Positions 54,620 through 64,000 of a stretch of DNA of 64,000 nucleotides are shown here, one piece after another (position 1 is the stretch's first letter; each line of letters opens with the position of its first letter). Location: the NCBI RefSeq assembly GCF_009914755.1, contig NC_060937.1; one strand, given 5' to 3'. The stretch comes from the human T2T-CHM13v2.0 reference genome, Homo sapiens. A program made the position numbers and the translations under genes. The notes under the pieces were generated by a model. The model did no database searches and was not told the origin of the DNA. It saw only the letters and a list, made by a program, of their open reading frames with translations.

Positions 54620-55484
54620 TTAAGGGAAGGAGCCACAGAGGCTGCCCAGGTAGCTGCATTGATGCAATTTGTGGTGACATTTTCTCTGAGGCTGCTGTGC
54701 TGTGCGGTTACAGCTGCCCCTCTGTGAAGCCCCCTCCCGCTGGAAGGTGGGTGGGAAGGCTGCCGGAAGGCTGCCAGGATGCTGTGCGGTGCCAGGTCCT
54801 GAGCACACATATCAGGAGAAGGGATGTGAGACTTCCTCCCCCGTGGGCTCCATGCAGCCAGGAAGCCCTGCCGCTCCCTCCCCATGCGCTCCCCACACGC
54901 CGCTCACCGTGCCTTTCTCCCCCAACGCCAGATGTGGAATTCCTCTCGGAGGTGCTCTTATGGCACCCTGCACGGAGAGGCCTGGGCCTGGCCCCGAAGA
55001 AGGCACAGCCCATGTGCAGGCGCCTCTGTCTGGAAGGCATGCTGCGTCCATTTTACTGTTTCCCCAACCCTGTGGCACTCCTTCCTGTTCCTTCTTCTAC
55101 AGTCTTCCGTGTGAATCGTGGAAATGAGTCAGATGGGCATGTTTAACATCATACCACACATACCTTTTGCAAAAATGTATTTTTTAGCGGCCAGGTGAGC
55201 AGCTGATGTGGTGGACAGAAAGCTCACCGGAGGCCCCAAGGCCTTGCAGCCTCCACGTGCCTCTCATCAGTGTGTGAGGTGCAGTAGGCGGAGGTTTGCT
55301 GAGCTTAGCGGCTCTGTGAGAGGAGGTCGTCCAGGTCAGCGGCTTTGAAAGTCCCGGCACACTCCAGCTCCCATGCAGTTATGCTGTGTAAGAAATGGCA
55401 ACAGGGCCAAAACCTTGTAACTCTCTTCAGAGTTGGACGTAAAACACTGAGGTAGCTAGAAATACATTCTAAGTTGAGGTAATT

Positions 55485-56560
55485 TGGGGCATGGTGGCAT
55501 GCCTGCAATCTCAGTGCTTTGGGAGGCTGCACAGGGAGCATTGCTTGAGCCCAGGAGTTCAAGGCTACGGTGCACTGTAACTGTCCCTGTGAACAGCCGC
55601 TGGAGTGAGTAGCCACTGGAATGAGTAGCCGCTGGTTTGAGGAGTAGCCACTGGAGTGAGTAGCCGCTGGAGTGAGGAGTAGCCGCTGGAGTGAGGAGTA
55701 GCCGCTGGAGTGAGGAGTAGCCACTGGAGTGAGTAGCCGCTGGAGTGAGGAGTAGCCGCTGGAGTGAGTAGCCGCTGGAGTGAGGAGTAGCCACTGGAGT
55801 GAGGAGTAGCCGCTGGAGTGAGTAGCCGCTGGAGTGAGGAGTAGCCGCTGGAGTGAGTAGCCGCTGGAGTGAGGAGTAGCCGCTGGAGTGAGTAGCCACT
55901 GGAGTGAGTAGCCGCTGGAGTGAAGAGTAGCCACTGGAGTGAGTAGCCGCTGGAGTGAGGAGTAGCCACTGGAGTGAGTAGCCGCTGGAGTGAGTAGCCG
56001 CTGGAGTGAGGAGTAGCCGCTGGAGTGAGTAGCCGCTGGAGTGAGGAGTAGCCGCTGGAGTGAAGAGTAGCCACTGGAGTGAGTAGCCGCTGGAGTGAGG
56101 AGTAGCCGCTGGAGTGAGTAGCCGCTGGAGTGAGGAGTAGCCCCTGGAGTGAGGAGTAGCCACTGGAGTGAGTAGCCACTGGAGTGAGTAGCCGCTGGAG
56201 TGAGGAGTAGCCACTGGAGTACGAGTAGCCGCTGGAGTGAGGAGTAGCCACTGGAGTGAGTAGCCGCTGGAGTGAGGAGTAGCCACTGGAGTAGCCGCTG
56301 GAGTGAGGAGTAGCCGCTGGAGTGAGGAGTAGCCACTGGGGTGAGTAGCCGCTGGAGTGAGGAGTAGCCGCTGGAGTGAGGAGTAGCCGCTGGAGTGAGT
56401 AGCCGCTGGAGTGAGGAGTAGCCGCTGGAGTGAGGAGTAGCCGCTGGAGTGAGTAGCCGCTGGAGTGAGGAGTAGCCACTGGAGTGAGTAGCCGCTGGAG
56501 TGAGGAGTAGCCGCTGTGCTTCAGCTGGGACAGGGCAGCAATACCCCATCTTTAAAAAAA
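55485..56560 (+). mobile_element. FAM (fossil Alu monomer) split by an internal VNTR
   Basis: 5' part ggcatggtggcatgcctg...ttgcttgagcccaggagttcaaggct..gtgc.ct...cctgtgaa.agcc; 3' part ctgtgcttcagc...accccatctttaaaaaaa. Confidence 0.8.
55589..56516. repeat. 16/19-bp two-unit VNTR, >50 copies
   Basis: Interspersed gtgagtagcc(g/a)ctgga and gtgaggagtagcc(g/a)ctgga. Confidence 0.98.
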
Positions 56561-56699
56561 GTAATTAATTATTGTTTAAAAGTAAATAGTTTTCACTTCC
56601 TCGGAGATTTTCAGGAAGAGCTTTATATCTAAGTTTCTAGAATTTACACAGAAGACTGAAACAGAGAAGCACTTCTGACATCTAGGAATGACTTTTCCT

Positions 56700-56992
56700 G
56701 CCAGGCGCAGTGGCTCACGCCTGTCATCCCAGCACTTTGGGAGGCTGAGGCGGGCGGATCACCTGAGGTCAGGAGTTCGAGGCTAGCCTGGCCAACACAC
56801 CATTTCTACTAAAAATACAAAATTAGCTGGACGTGGTGGCGCTTGCCTGTAATCCCACCTACTAGGGAGGCTGAGGCGGGAGAATTGCTTAAACCTGGAA
56901 GCGGTGGTTGCAGTGAGCCAAGATTTTGCCATTGCACTCCAGCCTGGGTGATGAGAGCAAAACTCTGTCTCATTAAAAAGAAAAAAAAAAAA
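56700..56992 (+). mobile_element. Alu (AluS)
   Basis: TSD gaatgac(a)ttttcct. Confidence 0.95.
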
Positions 56993-57214
56993 GAATGACA
57001 TTTTCCTCTAAGGTAGTAAAGAAAATCACTTGAGTCATTAAAGCATTAAACCAAAGGCAAGCTGAAAATCAGAGCAAGTTTGATGGTGGTAGTTGTACAG
57101 ATGAGTGATATCTCTTGATGCCAAGGTGACTGTTAGGTTTCTAGAATGAGAAAGTGTGGAAATAATGATCTCGTGTGCAAACCATGCATGCCTTTCATTT
57201 GGCAAAAATACTTA

Positions 57215-57680
57215 CAACATTTTTACTGAGGTATAATTCACATACTGTAAAATCCTCCCTTTTAAAGCATGCAATCCGTTGGTTCCAACTGGAAAATATT
57301 CAAAGTCGTGCACCCACCACCACCCTCCAACCCAGAAGGTTTTCATCCCCCAGTCAGAGGCGGTCGGCAGCCACCACCGCCCTCCAACCCAGAAGGTTTT
57401 CACCCCCGGGCAGGGGCCATCAGCAGCCATTTGCCCAGCCCCCGGCAGCCCCCGTCTCTGCGTTCGCCTTTTCTGGGCATTTCCTCAGAATGGACTCACA
57501 ACATGGTGTTGCTTCACACACGGGATGCTTTCTGTCCCCATGCGTGTTGCTGTGGGTGTCGGCGCTTCCTTCCTTTCCGTGTATCCCTTCATCAGTGGAC
57601 GCGCGTTTGGAGGCTGCCACCTTTGTCTTCCATGAACAGCGCAGCCGTGAACCTTCTCGCCGAATTTTTTGTGCCCCTCC
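57215..57680 (-). mobile_element. L1M 3' fragment with an internal duplication
   Basis: ttttactgaggtataattcacatactgtaaaat; caccaccctccaacccagaaggttttca occurs twice. Confidence 0.65.
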
Positions 57681-58097
57681 AGGAGTCGCTCGAGATGTTT
57701 CCTTTGGTCGGTTTGTGTCCTATGGTCAGTCACATCAGCACAGGGTAGATTTTTACTTCAGCTGGAACTTGATGCCAGCCCTCCAGGGGACTTGCCACGT
57801 GGCTTTCTCGATGCAGTTTGGACAATGGGTTGTTAATGAGTCATTAGGAAACCTGTTACTTGACATAGACAGTTTGGTGCCTGGTTTCAGCTTTGCTTTG
57901 CTGATGGAAGCCTCTGGCCGTGGGTGGGTTCTGCTGCGAGGAGTTGCACAGGGCTGGCTGAGCTGTGTGGCTGATCCTGTCTGGGAACGCGGAGAGAGAG
58001 AGGCTGGGGTCTCCATCCTCCTGCCCTGGAGAGCTTCCCGACTACCCGTGTCTTTGCTCTGAATCCTGAAAACAGCCCCGTGTGATGTGACCCCGTC

Positions 58098-58470
<373 letters not shown>

Positions 58471-58780
58471 TGAGGTTCAGAAGTTACACGATTGAGGCTC
58501 CTGAGTTTGTTTTCGTTGCTAACTGTACAGAGAACCAGAATCCTAGGGCTGGGAGGACCACGAAGGTTGGGCCTCCTAATCCCTTCATGTCGCTGCTGAC
58601 AACATTTGACGGACGCGTGGTGTGAGGCAGCCGCAGCCACAGAGCCAGTGAGCAGCAGGGACCGGGCGCCCTGTCCCCAGGCTGCTGTTAGTGACGGTGT
58701 CTGCATCCTCTGGGGGTCCAGCGTGTTTTCGGCTCTGTTCCTTTTGGGCAGTTTAGTCTTCCTAGAATTTGACCATGTGT

Positions 58781-58875
58781 GGGCTGCTCTGTCTATGGAG
58801 TAGCTGTTCTTTTATTCATTTGCTTTCTTAATAAACTTGCTTTCACTTTGCAAAAAAAAAAAAAAAAAAAAAAAA
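58781..58875 (+). mobile_element. Polyadenylated MER41-like LTR 3' fragment (L1-mediated retrocopy)
   Basis: gggctgctctgtctatggagtagc..ttcttttattc.ttt.ctttcttaataaacttgctttcacttt plus A24; flanked by a 19-bp repeat with 2 mismatches. Confidence 0.8.
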
Positions 58876-61061
58876 GAATTTGAACATTTGTGGAGAATAC
58901 AACACAAAGAGCTCCCTTTGGTTTGAAGTGTGAACCTGAAGAGACATGTATGTTTCCGACCTTCCTGATGCCCTGGGTGAGGCCGTCTAAGTGACCTCAT
59001 GGCTTCAGGTCCTTTCCTGTTCCAATCTGGTGTCTGTTATGCTGACGAGGCCATCAGGCAAGGCCGCGCACTTGCCAGGCAAGGCCCACTGCATGTTGGC
59101 AGGCAGCCTGTTTTCTGAAGCCATGGCACAGACAAGAATACTCATTCCTACTTGTGTCGGGTTAAACGCCGCTACACTGTTGGGCTGTATCTGAGTTGTT
59201 TTTGATGTAATTATTTAATGATAAACGTCTGCTCGCCGGTGTTGAGACTTTGGAGTGGGCTTCATCCATTCATCCTGATCGTTCCTCCATGAGACAGGGT
59301 CCCTTTGTTGCTGGCTGGAAGCGGCCGGGAAGCGTGGGCTCGCTGTGGCATGGGCAATGCCACACGGCTCCAGGGAAGCGTTCAGCTTTCCAAACCAGTG
59401 TCTGGGCTCGTGGCCACTCCTGAAATTCAGTTGCCGTCTTTGAAGCTTCGAAGAAAGTTTCTAGGATTTTCACTTTTGTATTAAAAGATATCTGTATGCT
59501 TTTCTCTCTTTTTCTGGTTCACTTATATTCTTATTCAGTGCAATTTCCTGATTTCACGAGAATGAGAAGCATCTATTTGGCTATGTTCTGTGAAAACAAA
59601 GGAGCCAGGGACTTTGCTTAGCCTTTATAGGCAGCAGTTTATTTATGAAGCTCTTAGGATGCTTTTAAAGTCCACATCCCTGTGGTTTGTTGGCTTCACC
59701 ACAAAATAGAGACAGCAGGGAAGGCCCCCGTCAGGCAGGGAGACCCAGTCCCGGAGGAGGAGGGCCCGTCCTCGTGGGGAGGGGCAGCCAGGCTGTGGCA
59801 TGGTCAGGGCAGTGGGGCTGTGCTGCCCACCTGGCTTTGAGTCCAGGATGACGGTTACTGCATGGCCAGCAGGCTCGCGGGGAGGCCACGACCCAAGGTC
59901 GCGCTGAGGAAAACTGTGTCTGGCTCATTTGAGGGTGGAGTGTTCCTCCCTGGCCTGGTGGCTGCCTTGTACGTCTGTCCCCAGGAGCATGGAAGCCTCG
60001 GCTCCCCGTGGAAACACTGGTTGATAGTCTCAGCCAAACATCTCTGAAAACACAGTTGGGGCACATGGAGACTGCTGTGGTCTCTTTCCGTTATTTTACT
60101 TAGACTTTTCTGCAAAGCTGAGTCCTAATAAAAGAAATTGCAGGTGAATTACCGATGGAATTTATTAAAGCAAATGTGCAGACATTCACACAGCTCCTGT
60201 CCGGGACGTTCTGGGTGGGACAGTGTGGAAAGACTTCCTCTGAGAGGTTGGTAGGGGAGCAGAGGAGCTGATGACATCAAGTCCAAAAACAGCCCCATGA
60301 GGTTTATAAACAAGAGCACCACGCAGACAGGGACTCCAGACTGTTCAGACCCTGCCTGCCTTTTTTGGCTTTAAAAAACGAGAGTTCCCTGAAGCACCGA
60401 GGGGCAGCCCACACAGAGAGGACTTGGCCCTGAGCATTTACAAGTGTCTGTGCTGGGCCGGGCCCCTGGCCTTGTTCTGTTCCCGTTGCCTCATTTCATG
60501 CTCCAGGACCCTGAGAAAGTGCTGGTGTCCCCCTCATGGGTGAGAAGCTCAGCGGGAAACTGTCCCCGTGCCTGCGGCGAGGAGTGGCCCAGCAGCCAAG
60601 GGTCAGCCCTTCGACGGCAGTGCCCGCTCGTCCTTCCCGTCCCACTGCACCAGCATTCCCCTCATGGAGGAGGCTTCCGTCTCCTCTTCAGCTGTGTTTC
60701 TCATGCCCCAGAAAGGCTGATGTCTTGCAGTTCCTACAGAGAACTGGGGCGTGGGACGAGAGCCACACGCTAAGGCCACGTATTCCGAGGTGGGCTCAGG
60801 GCCATGGCCAGGGCTGCGTATTCAGATGTGGCGTTTGGATTTCCCGTTACGAGCTAAAGTATTTTTGTGGTTTTAGTGCTGACATCAAATGGCCCGCCTG
60901 AGTGTTGTTGAAATATTTCTTGTCAGAGCTGTTTCCTTAACTCCTCCAAATACAGTGTTCCGAGTAATACAGAGATGGTCAGGCCCAAGTCAGCTTTGCA
61001 GGAGAGCCTTCCTGTTCCTGAGCAGACACCTAGCAGGGTTGAGCGACTCTTACCCATCTGC

Positions 61062-61500
61062 AGATGCAGGGCCGGTGACCCCACAGTGGGGCAAGAGCCT
61101 GGAGAGCTCTTGGCTTTGCCCAGGAAGGAATTCAAGGGCAAGCAGGAGGCGGAAGAAACAGCTTCATTGAAGAGGCTACAGCTCCCTGACTGCCCCTGCA
61201 GAGCGGGGCTGCCCCGTTAGGCGGAGAGGAGTAGCTCAGGGCAGATTTAATTGCATGCAGATTAAGGGGTGGTTTATGCAGAAATTTCTAGGAGAAGGAT
61301 GTAACTTGTAGGCGATCGGGTCATTGCCATGGAAAGGGGCCGCAGCTCCTGGCTGTTGCCATGGCAATGGTAAACTGATATTCACACCGCGGGCATGTCT
61401 TATGGAAAGCTGCCTCTGCCCCAGCCCTGTTTTCACCAGTCCTCAATCTGGTCCGGTGTCCAAGCCCCACCTCTGGAGTCAAGTCCCGCCTTCTACCCCA
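61062..61500 (-). mobile_element. MER66-family ERV1 solo LTR
   Basis: Reverse strand starts tggggtagaaggcgggacttgactccagagg...; gttgccatggcaatggtaaactga; cttggctttgcccaggaaggaattc. Confidence 0.75.
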
Positions 61501-61596
61501 GTATCATAGTTTTTCTTTCCTCTTCCATTAAAGACCTTTCCCAACATCACTGTCTCTTCTGTTTTGGAAGCCTTACGATTTGGCCACACGTTCTGT

Positions 61597-61894
<298 letters not shown>

Positions 61895-62206
61895 GCGTTC
61901 TGTTCTTATGTACACGCCCTGAGCTGTTTCCACTGGCAGTCAGCTTTGAAGTTCACTGTGTGGCTCTCACAGGAGCGCAGACCCTCCTGGTGCTCACCAG
62001 AAGACCTTGGCCCATGAGGGCTGCGTAAGACAGGGTGGCTCGGGCCTGGGGTGCTGGGCCCCAGGTCTCCCTGCAGCCCTGAACGATGCTCTCAGCAGCA
62101 GGTACAGGTCTCCGTTCCGACGAACGTGCCTCAAGGCAACACTCTGGGCAAGAGCTTTTGATGCAGGTTCTGAGGCAGCTGCCTAACACCGCTCTCCTTT
62201 CCGCAG

Positions 62207-62329
62207 TGTGCAGGAGAAGAGAATTGGGTGGACAGCAGGACCATCTACGTGGGACACAGGGAGCCACCTCCGGGCGCAGAGGCCTACATCCCACAGAGAT
62301 ACCCAGACAACAGGATCGTCTCGTCCAAG
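62207..62329 (+). CDS. ATP11A: Internal coding exon (exon 2) of ATP11A, P4-ATPase phospholipid flippase; encodes [41 protein letters not shown]
   Basis: Acceptor ctctcctttccgcag| at 62206, branch-point-like cctaac at 62182-62187, donor AAG|gtaact at 62330; 123 nt, phase 0/0. The peptide has the P4-ATPase N-terminal 'RTIYV...[10 protein letters not shown](Y)' motif and matches the ATP11A N-terminus as I recall it. Confidence 0.97.
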
Positions 62330-62960
62330 GTAACTTGGCTTGGTTCTGAGTGTCCATAATGTGTCTAAAAAGCAGCTGCCGGGGGGTGTTAGTGCTTCTC
62401 GGTTTCAAAGAGCGGCTCTGCTCCTGGCCCTGCTGTCACAGCCACCAGCCACCCCCAGCAAGGGCTTCGGATCAGGACCTCACCGAGGGCGCTACTCTCT
62501 CCCTCTCGGTGACTGCCCACAGGAGGCTTTCCACCTGCCCAGGGCTCACAGCGCAGTGTCTCCATTCTCGGGTGACCGTGCCACAGAGGCAGTGCAGGTC
62601 TGAAGTCCAGGATCCAAACCCTACCCAGGTCCCACTTCTGAGGCGCCTGGCCACGTGCTTGTCGTGGGCCACCCTGGCCAGAGTCTCAGTGCCAGTAAGG
62701 TAGAAACGATACCAGCCACCCCGGAGAAAGAGCCAACAAACGCAGGCTGGACAGCAAAACCTGGGGGGAAATCTTTGAGCTTGTTCACGAGGTGCAGCCC
62801 AGGTAAAGCGTAGGAAGCACAAGCAGAGTGCCGCGGTCTAAACGAAGCGTGTTTCTCTCCATGGACTGGAGCGTGGAAGTGCACACACATTTCCCACGTT
62901 CAGAGAGTGACCTGGAAACAGGTCTTAAGAACAAGGTGGAAATTTAGCTGCTGCCATTAA

Positions 62961-63829
62961 ACATGGGGTAAACTGCGCTTTCCAGGTAATGCGGAACGCA
63001 CGTGCCTGCGTTCAGACTCCGTTTATCTTCACCGTCCTTCAAAATGGATGAGCTAAACCCAGGCACACGCGTGGACGGGCTGCACATGGGGTAAACTGTG
63101 CTTTCCAGGTAATGCGGAACGCACGTGCCTGCGTTCAGACTCCGTTTATCTTCACCGTCCTTCAAAATGGATGAGCTAAACCCAGGCACACGCGTGGACG
63201 GGCTGCACATGGGGTAAACTGTGCTTTCCAGGTAATGCGGAACGCACGTGCCTGCGTTCAGACTCCGTTTATCTTCACCGTCCTTCAAAATGGATGAGCT
63301 AAACCCAGGCACACGCGTGGACGGGCTGCACATGGGGTAAACTGTGCTTTCCAGGTAATGCGGAACGCACGTGCCTGCGTTCGGACTCCATTTATCTTCA
63401 CCGTCCTTCAAAATGGATGAGCTAAACCCAGGCACACGCGTGGACGGGCTGCACATGGGGTAAACTGTGCTTTCCAGGTAATGCGGAACGCACGTGCCTG
63501 CGTTCAGACTCCATTTATCTTCACCGTCCTTCAAAATGGATGAGCTAAACCCAGGCACACGCGTGGACGGGCTGCACATGGGGTAAACTGTGCTTTCCAG
63601 GTAATGCGGAACGCACGTGCCTGCGTTCAGACTCCATTTATCTTCACCGTCCTTCAAAATGGATGAGCTAAACCCAGGCACACGCGTGGACGGGCTGCAC
63701 ATGGGGTAAACTGTGCTTTCCAGGTAATGCGGAACGCACGTGCCTGCATTCATACTCCATTTATCTTCACCGTCCTTCAAAATGGATGAGCTAAACCCAC
63801 GCACACGCGTGGACGGGCTGCACATGGGG
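62961..63829. repeat. 123-bp VNTR, 7 near-identical copies
   Basis: acatggggtaaac at 62961, 63084, 63207, 63330, 63453, 63576, 63699. Confidence 0.98.
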
Positions 63830-63920
63830 ATGCCTGTGGCGGCCCACCATTCACACGTGTGCCCTCACCTGTAGACGCATTTAATTTACATTGGGTGTCC
63901 TGCCGTGTAAACTTCTGTGG

Positions 63921-64000
63921 AGACCTACTTAATTCACACCAAGTGTCCTGATGTGTAGACCCCTGCGATAGACCTACTTAATTCACACCGGTGTCCTGAC
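63921..64000. repeat. Start of a ~49-bp tandem repeat at the window edge
   Basis: agacctacttaattcacacc..gtgtcctga at 63921 and 63970. Confidence 0.75.

Larger units (their letters stand above)
62330..64000 (+). other. ATP11A: Start of ATP11A intron 2
   Basis: Begins gtaact after exon 2; the next exon (YTFWNFIPKNLFEQF...) is not in the window. Confidence 0.9.

Noticed and set aside
55305-56549. 414-aa minus-strand ORF and overlapping 276/304-aa ORFs
   Set aside because: All three frames are open because the VNTR unit has no minus-strand stop codon; low-complexity peptides with an Alu-derived end.
57175-58062. 295-aa ORF outside tandem repeats
   Set aside because: Largely antisense GC-shifted L1 sequence, GTG start, no recognisable protein.
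62086-62349. 87-aa ORF overlapping exon 2
   Set aside because: Wrong frame; the real exon is read from 62207 (TGT GCA GGA...).
62944-63825. 293-aa ORF made of 41-aa repeats
   Set aside because: Follows from a 123-bp unit length divisible by three; antisense to ATP11A with no recognisable domain.
62207-63829. Exon 2 and the VNTR unit are both 123 nt
   Set aside because: No sequence similarity between them; treated as coincidence, not exon duplication.

Overview
Human (or great-ape) genomic DNA, GC-rich and dense in Alus and minisatellites. The only coding sequence I can support is one 123-nt + strand exon at 62207-62329 ([41 protein letters not shown]). I recognise it as exon 2 of ATP11A (P4-ATPase phosphatidylserine flippase, 13q34), so the window is the distal ~62 kb of intron 1, exon 2 and the start of intron 2. 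The rest is about 18 dimeric Alus and 2 Alu monomers, several LTRs (MER4-, MER21-, MER66-like), L1M, MIR and DNA-transposon fragments, and about 17 minisatellites (~7 kb). The long ORFs in the track are repeat artefacts. I found no new multi-gene system. The most interesting observations are: a 123-bp VNTR that places seven YAG|GTAATG recursive-splice-like sites just downstream of exon 2; a polyadenylated, TSD-flanked retrocopy of a MER41 LTR 3' end; a ~930-bp two-unit VNTR that arose inside a FAM element; VNTRs that array E-box or ETS palindromes; a candidate poison exon; and short dispersed duplications. Repeat family names come from my recall of consensus sequences and need RepeatMasker/Dfam confirmation.
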